From positions 155,682,001-155,746,000 of the forward strand of contig OX597817.1 of NCBI GenBank assembly GCA_951406725.2: a stretch of 64,000 bases of DNA. The letters are read 5' to 3'. Below, in pieces: positions 50,575 through 64,000 of this stretch. The stretch is from Octopus vulgaris (taxonomy: Eukaryota). Position 1 is the first letter of the stretch. Each line of letters starts with the position of its first letter. The notes under the pieces were generated by a model. That model saw only the letters and a list, made by a program, of their open reading frames with translations, had not been told where the DNA came from and ran no database searches. A program made the position numbers and the translations under genes.

Positions 50575-51355
50575 CTACCAGGCCAATGTGATGAAAAATG
50601 GAGCAGACCCAAAATGCCGATTCTGCAACGACATGATTGAAACAGTGGACCACCTAATCTCTGGATGTAAAGTCTTAGCACCAGTGGAGAATAAATTAAG
50701 ACATGACAGAGTTGGCCAATATCTACACTGACTAATAAGTCGGCATTACAATATCAAAACTGCCGACAAGTGGTATAATCACCACCCTGAAGCTGTAACT
50801 GAAGGAGAAAATGTAACGATTCTGTGGGACTTTCCAGTACATACAGACCGAACCATCAAAGCCAATAAACCAGATATTGTTGTGAAAGACAAAAACAATA
50901 AAGTTTGCTTATTGATCGACAAGAGCACCCCTTGTGATCATAATATCTCAGCGAAAGAGTTTAACAAGCTCAGAAAATATAAAGACCTACTCATTGAAAT
51001 TGAGAAAATGTGGCATCTCAAGGCGGTTACAATACCAGTGATCGTAGGAGCACTAGGAATGATCAAGAAGGGAACCAAAAATTATATGAGAATGATCCCT
51101 GGCTTACCATCCCTGCAAGAAGTGCAAAAGATTGTCTTAACTGGTACATCACACATATTGAGAAGAGCATTGTCGATGTGAGAACTATTACTACCCATGT
51201 ATTTTAATTTAACTTTATTTCTATCAAAAAAAAAAAAAAATGAACGAACTAGTGAGTTCAGTTTAATGGCCTACCAATGTATACTATGAGTTTCTTTGCC
51301 CTAAGAGTCGGGAAGACACTCGGCAAGAAATGGAAGCAAATTTGAAAGAAGAAGA
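50575..51355 (+). mobile_element. R4/Dong-like 3' fragment flanked by (AAT)n
   Basis: CRFC..HLISGC, RHD, ILWDF..NKPDIV..LLID, KLRKYKDL, IPVIVGALG. Confidence 0.9.
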
Positions 51356-51366
51356 AAAACCCATAG

Positions 51367-51415
<49 letters not shown>

Positions 51416-51628
51416 TAATAATAATAATAATAATAATCATCATCATCATCATCATCGTTTAATGTCCGTTTTCCATGCTAGCATGGGTTGGATGGTTCGA
51501 CCGGGGATCTGGGAAGCTAGAAGGCTGCACCAGGCTCCAGTCTTATCTGGCAATGTTTCTACAGCTGGATGCCCTTCCTAACGCCAACCACTCCGTGAGT
51601 GTAGTGGGTGCTTTTTACGTGCCACCCC

Positions 51629-51679
<51 letters not shown>

Positions 51680-51894
51680 TATAATAATAACAATAATAAT
51701 AATAATAAGAAGAAGAAGGTTAAAATATGAGAGGAGTGGCTGGGGTAGGGTTGCTTCTTGTTATAGAGGTCCTACAAGGCTGCTCACATTTAGGGGAAAG
51801 AAAGAGAATGAATTGGTAGTAACTGCAATGAAATGACTAGTAATGAAGTACTGAATAATGGTGATGGTAATAAATGTTCATATTTCCATTTCTT

Positions 51895-52109
51895 TTTAGA
51901 TCTTTTATCTTTAATCTTTTACTTGTTTCATTCATTAGACTGTGGCCATGCTGGGGCACTGCCTTGAATTTTTAGTTGAATGAATCAACCCCAGTACTTA
52001 TTCTGTCAGTCTCTTTTACAGAACTGCTAAGTTACAGGAACGCAAACACACCAACACCGGTTGTGTGGGGACAAACACAGACAGAAAGACACACACATAC
52101 GCACACACA

Positions 52110-52144
<35 letters not shown>

Positions 52145-52409
52145 TCATACACAAACACACTCACACACAAACACACACACACACACACTCATGCACACAC
52201 ACACACACACACACTCACACACACACACACACAAACACACTCACACACAAACACACACACAATGGGCTTCTTTCAGTTTCTGCCTACCAAATCCATTCAC
52301 AAGGCTTTGGTTGGTACAAGGCCAAAGTGCAAGGTGCCATGCAGTGGGACTGAACCCAGAACTATGTGGTTGGGAAGCAAGCTTCTTACCACACAGCAAC
52401 ACCTGTGCC
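51895..52409 (-). mobile_element. SINE-A, diverged, expanded (CA)n
   Basis: Similarity. Confidence 0.8.
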
Positions 52410-52720
52410 TATATGTAAGTTTATTCATCATCGTAACATTATTTCTCTCTGTTAACGATTGCAATTATATTTGATTTCATAGCTGTTCCATAGCTGTATA
52501 AAGTGTCTTTGATTTCCTACCACAATCATATGTCTTCGATTTTAATTTCAAAGTCGTTTAAAGGTTGTCTTTGATTTCATTCCAAGATTCTTTAAAGTGT
52601 AACAATTCAAACTTGTTTCATTATGTTAACAATTTCCATTATATCTTAGATTCCCTTCTATAGTTAAAATTGGTAATACTAATGTATAATCCTCTAATAC
52701 ATGTCATTAGAAGTAGAATA

Positions 52721-52751
<31 letters not shown>

Positions 52752-52779
52752 CAATAATAATAATAATGATAATAATATA

Positions 52780-53335
52780 TGCCCTGATGCAGTACCAGAC
52801 AGTGTGGCTCTCATGGCTTTTGATCTTAACTGATTGGAAGTGTTATCATGTACATTGTTTTGTCTTGGTATAAAAGATGGGCTACAGCAAATATTCTGCT
52901 CAATACCACAGATTTGCTTGTCAGTTGTTTGACCTCAACTAGTTGAGCCTGTCCCTTAGTGGCTGATGATATGTGCATCTCTGATTATGAGCAGAAGTAG
53001 TTGGGGAGCATCATAGCCATGTGTTGACGGGAATTCTTTGGTGTTTGAATAATTAATCTCTGGAAACTTGGGTGTTTTGTTTATCATCCTTAAAACAAAC
53101 CTTATTCAAGGACCTTTTGAGTGGGATTGGCTTGGCCTGAAGAAAATTCTAACTGGGTTCCACCTGCAAGGTGATACACTGTTTAACTTGATATGAGATC
53201 TCCATGTCGTGCACATATGGTTGTGATGCATGTGCCTGGTGTACCCTTATGAGACAGGTAGTCATGATGGGTATATTGAGCTTCATATATTGTACCCCAG
53301 TGTCACCTTGATGGTATGTGCTGCTTCTTCACTCA
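52780..53335. mobile_element. Second copy of the 550-bp (AAT)n-flanked repeat
   Basis: Matches 38546-39097. Confidence 0.85.
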
Positions 53336-53341
53336 CCAAAG

Positions 53342-53402
<61 letters not shown>

Positions 53403-53594
53403 TAATGGTTTCAAATTTTGCCTCAAGGGCAGCCATTTTGGGGGAAGGGATGTGTCGATTACATCGACCCTAATGTTCAACTTGTACTTACTTTATCAAA
53501 CCTGAAAGGATGAAAGGCAAAGTTGTCCTTTGTGGAATTTGAACTCAGAACATAGCGGCAGACGAAATGCCATGAAGCATTTTGCCAGGCATGT

Positions 53595-54002
53595 TACTCT
53601 CTTTTACTCTTTTATTCTTTTACTTGTTTCAGTCATGTGACTGTGGCCATGCTGGAGCACTGCCTTTAGTCAAGCAAATCAACCCTAGGACTTATTCCTT
53701 GTAAGCCTAGTACTTATTCTATCAGTCTCTTTTGCCAAACCACTAAGTTACAGGGACGTAAACACACCAGTATTGGTTGTCAAGCAATGTTGGGGGGACA
53801 AACACAGACACACACACACACACATATATACATATATACAACAGGCTTCTTTCAGTTTCTGTCTACCAAATCCACTCACAAGGCTTTGGTCGGCCCGAGG
53901 CTATAGTAGAAGATACTTGCCTAACGTGCCATGCGGTGGGACTGAACCTGGAACCATGTGGTTCGGAAGCAAGCTACTTACTATACTGCCACTCCTATGC
54001 CT
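53595..54002 (-). mobile_element. SINE-A inserted in a SINE-B2
   Basis: Similarity. Confidence 0.85.
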
Positions 54003-54352
54003 ATAGCCGCTCCTAAGCCTATGTACTGTAATGATTCTTCCAGTTCATAACCCTAATAATGATAATAATAATAATAATAATGATAATAATAATAGTAATA
54101 ATAATCCTTTCTATTATAGGCACAAAGCCTGAAATTTGAGGGAAGGGGATTAGTTGATTACATTGACAATAGTGTTTCACTGGTACTCAATTTATTGACC
54201 CCGAAAGGATGAAAGGCAAAGTTGACCTCAACAGAATTTGAACTCAAAACATAGTGATGGGAAAAATGCTGCTAAACATTTATTCATGCTAATGACTCTG
54301 CCAGCTCACTGCCTTAATAATAATAATAATAATGATAATAATAATAATAATA

Positions 54353-54410
<58 letters not shown>

Positions 54411-54989
54411 TAATAATTGTTTCAAATTTCAGTACAAGGCCAGCATTTTTAGTGGGAGGAAGGTAGTTGATTACATCAACACCAGTGCTTGACTGGTACT
54501 TATTTTATTAACTCTGAAAGAATGAAAGGTAAAGCCAGCATTGGTGGAATTTGAACTCAGAAGACAAAAAAAGTTGGAAAAAATGCCACTAAGTATTGTG
54601 TCTGATGCACTACCAATTCTATCAGCTCACCCCTTAGTGGTGGTGGCGGTGGCGGCGGCGGTGGTGGTGGTTGTGGTGGCGGTGGTGGTGGTGGCGGCAG
54701 TGGCAGTGGTGGCGGTGGTGGCGGTGGTGGATGGTGGTGGATGGTGGCGGCAGTGGTAGTGGTGGTGGTGGTGGATGATGGTGGTGGTGATGGTGGCGGT
54801 GGTGGAGGTGGTGGTGGAAGTGGTGGTGGTGACGGCGGTGGCGGTGGTGGTGGTGGTGGTGGTGGTAGTAAAGCATCTGCTGAATATCAACAGACATTGC
54901 TACTTTACTGCTTAAAAAAAAAAAAATCCATTAATATCAATGAAATAACATTGAAAAAGATGGAAAAAAAAATCATTAATACAATTTTT

Positions 54990-56130
54990 AGATAAAGAAG
55001 GGAAGATAAAAGAATTAAACCAAATACACAGTTACAATTACTTGGGAATCAATGAACTTGGCAGAGTACAACACAGACGCATAAAAGAAAAAGGTTATGA
55101 TGGAATTTTATAGATGAATTAGATTTATTCTTAAAACAGGAGTTAAATGTCAAAAATAAGGTAACAGATAGCAATTCCCAAGCTGTTATAGTAATAAGTT
55201 GTAGTTATAACATTCACAACCGAAAGCTTAGTGAATTATTAAGACTAGACAGGAAAACAAGGAAATAACAACTGCTTTAAGAATGCGCCACCCAAATTCC
55301 TACACAGAGATGTTATATTATATTTACCATGAATACAAGGAGGTAGGGGTTTTCTGTAACTAGAAAACTGTTATAAAATATCAGCTTTTAAGCAACAAAA
55401 ATATGTAGTGCCATTAGCTAAAAAACATTAACAGAACTAAAACTGTTTTCTGTCTTGAAGGAAGCCAACAAATAGAAAAAAGCCTAAAGTAACAGATCAT
55501 CATCATCATCATTGTTTGACCGTGGTCATCATCATTGTTCGACCGTGGTCGAGACTTTCATAGTCTTTTCAAATGGCTAATAATGTGTGCGCGCGCCACT
55601 ACTACACACATTGGAAAGCATTGTACAGCCAAGTACTAAAGAAGATCTTTCCTCCTCCATGAAACAAAGCTGTTCCAGCTGGACGTCAACCCAGTATTTC
55701 TAAGCTACGGACCGAGTGATTTATTGTAAGGTTATCTCCCTAGATAGATTGCCTTCACTATGGCTAAGGAGCCCTTTCTACCCCAAGTAACAGATAGCTG
55801 TGAAGAGGATAGCGAAAAGATAATTATTAAAATGCTGAAGACTAAATGGGCTTATTAAATGCCATGTTAAGACACTGGCAATGAAAAGGGAATCTTCTAC
55901 ATGGTCCCTTCCAGTCTGTATAATATCTCACAAGACTGAGCACAGAGGAAATATGTTAAAAAAAAAAAAAACTCAACAATTGCTAAGAAGCACAGAACTC
56001 AAAGTGAAAAGAAAGGATTTTTTAAAATCATGGAAATAAGACCAAAGCCTTTTCCTCAGAATCTTCTAAAAATCATATACTGGAGCAAAACATAAAAGTA
56101 GCTGCAGAATATGTGGAAGTTAGGAACAAT
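54990..56130 (+). mobile_element. Very degenerate R4/Dong-like fragment
   Basis: LNVKNKV.., LDRKTRK, HPxS, GGRG remnants. Confidence 0.55.
55498..55784 (-). mobile_element. Short retroposon with (GAT)n tail and 11-bp TSD
   Basis: AAGTAACAGAT at 55487-55497 and 55785-55795. Confidence 0.75.
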
Positions 56131-56517
56131 GATTTTTGCCTTGATTATAGTAATGACTCTTGTATATTCCTATAATCAAAGACTATACTTATCAGCAAAT
56201 TTCATGAAGCTTGGCTTGACTAAAGTAAAGGATTTGACGAAATGAAAATCGTTCCTTTAGCTTTTTATATAGTTTATTTCTATTTTGCTTTGGGGAAGTT
56301 CTCCAACCTCCATTTGCTCAACATTGTCAGAAGATAATTGGATGGTACAACTGTGAACCTAATATTCCTGTGATCTATGTCCTGTAACACTAATCTGTAG
56401 GAAAGTATGTGGTGCATCAGCACTGTCCATCTCCTTGCCTGATTCTTGGTCTTAGAGACCAGCCACACACTATTAAAGGCACTAGTTTGGTTGAGAAATC
56501 ATGCATCATATCATACA

Positions 56518-56903
56518 CTAGCAGTATCGCCCGGCGTTGCTCGGGTTTGTTTCGACCCTTTACAATTGGAACTTTTGAAAAGTAAAAATTTTGCATTATG
56601 TAGCTTGTTATTCTCTTTATGTGAACATTTTTCTGGTTGAAATACACCGAAAAATAGCGACACAGCAGTCAAAAAATCGTAAAAAATAGGGATTTTCATA
56701 GAATAAAAGCACCTATTTAATGTAAATAATTTTTGGTGTTAACATGGTCCTATTTGAATTTTTTCTTCTATGGAAGGAAGAGCAAGCCTTCTTCTATCAT
56801 ACTTTCAATTTTGGTCAACTTGTGCCGCAGGATCTCGGAGAAGATAGTGTTAGTTGAAGGCTACCAAACCTGCCATACACAGACAACTTCAGCTTTATAT
56901 AGA
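56518..56903 (-). mobile_element. Non-autonomous Helitron
   Basis: 5' TC, 3' CCCGagcaacgcCGGG hairpin then CTAG|T; copy at 63059-63413. Confidence 0.8.
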
Positions 56904-57313
56904 GAGAGACTGGCCAGAAGATAATTTTTTGAGGTCATATAGGAAACTTTCCTCATTGTTTGAAAAAAACATTTGTTACCTTCCTGTTTGCTTTTCCTGA
57001 GTAAGTTCTTCAGGCAAAGGTGCTCTGCTTTTTTTCTCATTGCATTGCATACCTTCTCTTTCAAGAAGCTCCTTATGACCTACAACAGGTGCAGAAGATA
57101 AAACTGTTGCCATGGTGGCGATAATATTGATGTTAATGACAATCGTTGCTATTTGTATAGCTAATACATTTTTGTCATTCAAAGTAATGTTTTTTCAACA
57201 TTCTTCTTCTTGTGATTTCCATTGTGCAACTCAAAACATTCATCCTTAAAACTCAGTTCAATTTTCACATTAACTCTTTGTTGACTGTACAAAGGGCTGT
57301 GAACTTCATTTCT

Positions 57314-57541
57314 TTAACCCTTGAGTGTTCAGATTATTCTATCAAACATAATGCTTATTGATTCCTAATTAATTTGAATTAATCATGCATTATCTCATAT
57401 CTCCAAGATCTTGATGGTGTAATTACTTAATATAGAATAACATTGTAGGGTAGGTGTGAGGGCCTGGATCTGGTCAGTTTGAACATAAAACAGATTAAAT
57501 ATTTTGGCCGGAAATGGCCGGTTTAAATACTAAAGGGTTAA
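57314..57541. mobile_element. TTAA MITE
   Basis: TTAACCCTT...AAGGGTTAA. Confidence 0.85.
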
Positions 57542-59532
57542 GAGAGGATATAAATTCATTATCACTGAACATAGGCTCCTTATGATATTTCTTAATTGCC
57601 TTTCGAATTTTTGGGGAGCATTTTCTCACTTTTATTTTTTACTCACACAAAAAGCTGCCAGTCACCTTTAGCCTTGTTGTCACATATGGATGGAATGAAA
57701 CTACTGTGAGATGCAGGCTGATATGTCATCCACTTCTGGAATCTATAGTTACTATTACTGTTGTTGGCCATTCCTTCCTTCCACCTCTTGCTCGCTCTCA
57801 TTACTGATTATGGCCAGGGAAGAAATCCCAAGGCTTCTTGGTTAATTCTTGAAAATGAGAATGAAGTGATGTTTCTGGATGTGCCCTGGTGTTGCCTTAG
57901 GAGCAGAAGCCCTGTAACAACTACTGTTATTGCTGTCTTCTGTTTAACTCTTTTGGAAAGATAACCTTTGAATGAATTTCACAACCACATGGATATCTGC
58001 TCTAAATGATCTGTTTTATAATCTTTCTTTCAGCACCTGCTTCCAGACATAACTCTGGGATTGTTTGTGTTTTTGTAGAATCATGAAGATTTGGATATTC
58101 ATGATAAACCCCACCCAAACCCAGCCACATGCTACCAAAGTCATGTTGATGCTGACCACTTGCTTGTATTGCACCATGAAAGTAACTATGAGCCAAATAT
58201 TGTCATCAAAATGCCCTTGATGGTGACTACAATGTTTCTGTAGCTTAAATACTGAGAACCAGTTTACAGGCAAAGATAACATGCACTTAGTTTGTGCTGT
58301 TGTCCTTTCCTCAGTTTTGAAAACAATGTTTGTTGTGTCTTCCCTCTCCCTACGAAGGAGATTTTGCTCCATGTATCTATGGGGCTGATGTCTAGTTACT
58401 CTTTGTAGGGCACAAATATAAGCAAGTTACTTTTCTTTTCCCCCATGCCTAGGTAATAGCTTCTGGAAGAGAGATACTTGTTTTATGGATACAATGTTGC
58501 CATGCAGTTGTTCTTTCAGTGAATGTTTTACATCAAGACTCCTTTTTTTAAAGTTTTCTTGCAAACTATGGGACTACATTCAAAACACTTTTGCTAGACA
58601 ATGTGTTTGGGTATCTGTGAGAATATTGTCAAACATGACTTTTTTTTTTTTTCAATATTTCAATTTTTTGTTGACATTTCAATTTTTTCCTTTCTTGCAA
58701 TTAGAAAGTATGTGTGCTTAATATTATTTGTTTTTGTAATAAGTATTGTGGATTAAGAGCTAATATTTTGCTGGTAATTATTATAAAACATTAAGGCAGG
58801 AAGAATCATTAGTGCACGGGGCAAAATGCTTTTACATTCTGAGTTCAAATTCTGCAAAGGTTGATTTGCCTTCCATCCTTTTAGGGGTTAATGAAATAAG
58901 TACCAGTTGAGCACTGTTACCACTCCCACAAAATTGCTGGCCTTATGCCAAAATTTGAAGTCAATATCATCTTCCTTGTTTTTTTTCTTTTTCTCTCTTA
59001 ATAATGGTAACAAGAACAAGAAAATGACAACAGCAATAGTAACAAAAATAATAATAATAATCATCATCATCATTATTACCATTATCATTAATATGATGAT
59101 GACGATGATGATTCCTGATTTATGTTACAAGGTCAGCTACTTAGAGAGGAAGAGGTTAGTCAATTGCATCAATCCTGGTACTTGACTGATACTTTATTGT
59201 ATCTGATATTTTGGAATTCCCAAAGGGATGAAAGGCAAAGTTGACTCCAGCAGGATTTGAGCTCAGAAATTTAAAGAGCTGGAAAAATACTACAAAGCAA
59301 TTTTTTTTTAGTAATCTCTGACATAAAAGTCAAGAGCCTAAATTTTTAATGATGAATAGAGCTGATTATATTGACCCATGGTACTTAGCTAGTACTTATT
59401 TTATCCACTCCCTAAAGGATAAAATGCTATGTTGACCCCAGCGGTATTTAAACATAAAAATAAACTAAAAATTAAAGGAGAGGAAACTGCTAGTGAAAGA
59501 AAAGGAGGAAATGATGTTAAGAAAGCTGCTAT

Positions 59533-59980
59533 AGGTGCAGGAGTGGCTGTGTGGTAAGTAGCTTGCTAACCAACCACATGGTTCCGGGTTCAGTCCCACT
59601 GCGTAGCACCTTGGGCAAGTATCTTCTACTATAGCCTCGGGCCAACCAAAGCCTTGTGAGTGGATTTGGTAGATGGAAACTGAAATAAGCCCCGTCATGT
59701 GTGTGTGTGAGTGTCTATGTGTGTGTGTTTGTTTGTGTGTGTGTGTCTGTTTGTGTGTGTGTGTGTGTGTGTGTGTTTGTGCGTTTGAGTTTGTCCCCCC
59801 AATATCGCTTGACAACTGATGTTGGTATGTTTACGCCCACGTAACCTAGCAGTTCTGTAAAAAGGACTGATAAAATAACTACTAGGCTTACAAAGAATAA
59901 GTCCTGGGGTCAATTTGTTTGACTAAAGGTGGTGCTCCAGCATGGCCACAGTCAAATGACTGAAACAAGTAAAAGAATAA
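59533..59980 (+). mobile_element. SINE-A full length
   Basis: Matches other copies. Confidence 0.9.
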
Positions 59981-60252
59981 CAGAATCTCTTGTTAGTGAG
60001 TGGGAAGTGAAACTAAATAATTGTCACTGTCCAATGACGTTTCAATTAAGTGAACTGATCAGTATCCTATATCCTGTTCAGCTACAAGATAAATATCTGC
60101 TGGACATTCTCTCTTCTGTGGCATCAATTAATTTTTTGGACAATCCTCTTGTAACCAAGCGTAGGCTTGGATTCACATTTTGGTCTGTCTATCTATCCAT
60201 CTATCTCTTTCTGTCACACTGGAAGAAGAAAGCAGTGACAGTGCTGAGAAAG

Positions 60253-60672
60253 AGAGTGGCTGTGCGGTAAGTAGCTTGTTTACCGACCACATGGTTCCGG
60301 GTTCAGTCCCACTGCGTGGCACCTTCAGCAAGTGTCTTCTGCTATAGCCCCGGGGCCGACCAATGCCTTGTGAGTGGATTTGGTAGACGGAAACTGAAAG
60401 AAGCCCATCGTATATATGTATATATATATATATATATATGCATGTGTGTGTGTGTTTGTGTGTCTGTGTTTCTCCCCCTAGCATTGCTTGACAACCGATG
60501 CTGGTGTGTTTATGTCCCCGTAACTTAGCAGTTCGGCAAAACAGACTGATAGAATAAGTACTGGGCTTACAAAGAATAAGTCCCGGAGTCGAGCTGCTTG
60601 ACGAAATGTGGTGCTCCAGCATGGCTGCAGTCAAATGACTGAAACAAGTAAAAGAGTAAAAGAGTAAAGAGA
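60253..60672 (+). mobile_element. SINE-A full length
   Basis: Matches other copies. Confidence 0.9.
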
Positions 60673-60805
60673 GAGTATTTATAAAGAAAGGGAGGTAGAT
60701 TAGATTGATAAAAACAGTGAGCGGGAGACAGAAATAACCAGTGGTTAACGCTACTGTATGTATGAAGCTATTTATCATTTAATGTTTCATATGGACATAA
60801 TTATA

Positions 60806-61220
60806 TACTCTTTACTCTCTCTTTTACTTGTTTCAGTCATTTGACTGTGGCCATGCTGGAGCACCGCCTTTAGTCGAGCAAATCGACCCCAGGACTTAAT
60901 CTTTGTAAGCCTAGTACTTATCCTATCAGTCTATTTTGCCAAACTGCTAAGTTACGGGGACATAACCACACCACCACCGGTTGTCAAGTAATGTTAGGTT
61001 GACAAACACAGACACACAAGCATATACACAAACATACATATATATATATATATACATATATACAATGGGCTTCTTCCAGTTTCCATCTACCAAATCTACT
61101 CATAAGGTTTTGGTCAGCCCGAGGCTATAGTAGAAGACACTTACCCAAGGTACCACGCAGTGGGACTGAACCCGGAACCAAATGGTTCATAAGCAAGCTA
61201 CTTACCACACAGCCACTCCT
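60806..61220 (-). mobile_element. SINE-A full length
   Basis: Matches other copies. Confidence 0.9.
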
Positions 61221-61529
61221 ACATATTTCTTATTCTTTTACTCGTTTCTGTCAAGTGACTGCGGCCATGCTGGAGCACTGTTAAAAAATTATATGGTGAA
61301 ATATTGTGTCCTTGAACAAGATACTTTATTTCATGTTGCTTCAGTCCACTGTATTTCAAAGGGCCAACCTTGTCACACACCATGTCATGCTGAATATCCC
61401 TGAGAACTGTGTTATGGATACAAGTGTTTGTGGAGTGCTCAGCCACTTGCTCATTAATCTTACGAGCAGGCTACTCCATTGGTCAGATCAACTGGAATAC
61501 TTATCATAACAGACAGAATGCCAGTTTAT

Positions 61530-61742
61530 ATACTCTTTTACTCTTTTACTTGTTTCAGTCATTTGACTGTGGCCATGCTGGAGCACCACCTTTAGTCGAG
61601 CAAATCGACATCTGGGACTTATTCTTTGTAAGCCCACTACTTATTCTATTGGTCTCTTTTGCCGAACCGCTAAGTGACGGGGACGTAAACACACCAGCAT
61701 CGGTTGTCAAGCAATGTCAGGGGGACAAACACAGACACACAA

Positions 61743-61774
<32 letters not shown>

Positions 61775-61955
61775 CTATATATACATATACACGACAAGCT
61801 TCTTTCAGTTTCCGTCTACCAAATCCACTCACAAGGCATTGGTCGGCCTGAGGCTATAGCAGAAGACACTTGCCCAAGATGCCACGCAGAGGGACTGAAC
61901 CCGGAACCATGTGGTTGTTAAGCAAGCTACCTACCACACAGCCACTCCTGCGCCT
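61530..61955 (-). mobile_element. SINE-A full length
   Basis: Matches other copies. Confidence 0.9.
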
Positions 61956-62294
61956 ATATATATATGTTTATCATCATCATCATCATCAACATCATTTAAC
62001 ATTAATTTTCCATGCTGGCATGGGTTGGACAGTTTGACAGGAGCTGACGAACCAGAGGACTGTGCTAGGTTCTACTGTCTGCTTTGGCATGACTTCTATG
62101 GCTGGATGCCGTTTCTAACATCAACCATTTCCCTGTGTAATCTGGAAGCTTTTTATGTGAAATTAGCACTAAGTAATTTGTGAGACAAAGAACTCTCAAC
62201 CGAGTGGAAGAGTAGTATTGAGAGAGGTGACTTTGTGTCAGTTGGTGGGAGAGATTAAAGGATAGCAGAAAGATAGACACATATATACATATAA

Positions 62295-62526
62295 GGCTGT
62301 GAGTTGGCAGAAACGTTAGCACGCTGGGCGAAATGCTTCGTGCTATTTTGTCTGCCGTTACGTTCTGAGTTCAAATTCTGCTGAGGTCGACATTGCCTTT
62401 CACCCTTTCAGGGTCGATAAATTAAGTACCAGTTACGCACTGTGGTCGATGTAATCGACTTAATCCCTTTGTCTGTCCTTGTTTGTCCCCTCTATGTTTA
62501 GCCCCTTGTGGGTAATAAAGAAATAA
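62295..62526 (+). mobile_element. SINE-B1 full length
   Basis: Matches 7127-7357. Confidence 0.85.
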
Positions 62527-62919
62527 AAGAAAGATAGACACAGGTGTCTTGCAGTAGAGGATTACATAGTTACTCCAGGTTGGAAAAAAGAGAGAGAGGG
62601 GGGAGAAAGAGAGAGGGTGGAGAAAGAGAAAGGCAGAAGAGAAAGTGAGAGAGAGAGAAAGAAACAGAAGGGGAGAGAGAGATGTTCACACACATGTTTG
62701 TGTATGTGTGCTTACATACCATCATTGTCATCATTTAACGTCTGACTTCTGTGTTGGCATGTGTTAGACAGTTTGATTGGGTCTTATCAGTTGGAGGACT
62801 GCATTATGCACTGATATGCATGTGTGTGTGTGTGTGTGTGTACATATGTATACACACACACTCACACACGCTAGCCATTACACATTCTTTATTTTCTCTC
62901 CTTGTTTCTTTCTGTGTTC

Positions 62920-62955
62920 CTTTCTGTGGAAGAGCATAGGCTCGAAACATTAAAG
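62920..62955 (+). ncRNA. Family E hammerhead-like motif
   Basis: CTTT-CTGTGGA-a-GAGC atag GCTC-GAAAC-ATT-AAAG. Confidence 0.45.
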
Positions 62956-63058
62956 ACTTTTTCACTTCCCAAGCGTTAAACTAATACATTTGTTTGTTGT
63001 CTACACCACCTGTCTTTGTCTTTTGTTTTTTTGTGAATCCTCCCTGCATGTATATATA

Positions 63059-63412
63059 TCTATATATATAAAGCTGAAGTTGTCTGTGTGTGGCAGGTTT
63101 GGTAGCCTTCAACTAACACTATCTCCTCCGAGACCCTGCGGCACAAGTTGACCAAAATTGAAAGTATGATAGAAGAAGGCTTACTCTTCATTTCATAGAA
63201 GATAAAATTCAAATTGGACCATGTTAAGACCAAAAATTATTTACATCAAAAAGGTGCTTTTTTTCTATAAAAATCCCTATTTTTTACGATTTTTTGACTG
63301 CTGTAACGCCATTTTTCAGTGTATTTCAACCAGAATGCAAAATTTTTACTTTTCAAAAATTCCAATTGTAAAGGGTCGAAACAAACTCGAGCAACGCCGG
63401 GCGATACTGCTA

Positions 63413-63413
<1 letters not shown>
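63059..63413 (+). mobile_element. Non-autonomous Helitron
   Basis: A|TC start, subterminal hairpin, CTAG|T end. Confidence 0.85.
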
Positions 63414-63460
<47 letters not shown>

Positions 63461-63889
63461 TGCCATTCATTACACCCTATTATATATAACAAATACCATG
63501 TGCACTGTTTTACATCCATGACAGTTTCATTGATTGATACTGTACAACACCAGATTAACGAATAAATCCACTGTTGATAATAAATAAATAAAACAAGTGA
63601 AGTAGATTGAGATTAATTATCCATTTAGGCTTACACCGTTTTTCAACATTGATCAATCAAAAAAAAAAAAAAAGACAGGCTGAGAAACAAAAAGAAAACA
63701 ACAAAAAAAATCAGAAACTCAAACAAGAAAAGGTGAACTGTTTAACTAGTTTCTGATTTTAAAAAAAGTCAGCTAATATATCATTAATATTATCTGTTTC
63801 AGTTGCTCACATCACTAATAATAGAACCACAACTAAATTAATGATATTTTACATGTTTTTTTTAATCATATTTTAAACTTATCAACCAT

Positions 63890-64000
63890 TTACTCTTTTA
63901 CTCTTTTATTTGTTTCAGTCATTTGACTTCGGCCATGCTGGAGCACCGCCTTTAGTCGAGCAAATCGACCCGGGACTTATTCTTTGTAAGCCTAGTACTT
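63890..64000 (-). mobile_element. SINE-A 3' part (runs off window)
   Basis: Similarity. Confidence 0.85.

Overview
AT-rich, microsatellite-saturated eukaryotic DNA, most likely octopus (inferred from the SINE/LINE repertoire, not verified). It is almost entirely intronic or intergenic, and I could not identify a host gene with confidence. Nearly all ORFs in the supplied track are microsatellite or SINE artefacts. The window holds two abundant tRNA-derived SINE families, RTE-clade LINE pieces (one with a PHD finger inside the RT), R4/Dong-type RLE LINE pieces in (AAT)n, a Tx1/L1-like 3' end sharing its tail with one SINE, TTAA MITEs, a piggyBac relic and Helitrons. It also has two tandem arrays. 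The main unexpected signal is about 16 hammerhead-ribozyme (HHR) motifs in short elements inserted in (TA)n, probably Penelope-like pseudo-LTR relics. These include C3-G8, U3-A8 and G3-C8 variants of the core tertiary pair and an A6U family. Two motifs (235-296 +, nearly complete, and 36664-36724 -, complete) have their three strands in a non-circularly permuted order, with different stem sequences that still pair. All structures were paired by eye and none was computed or tested. Element boundaries are approximate.
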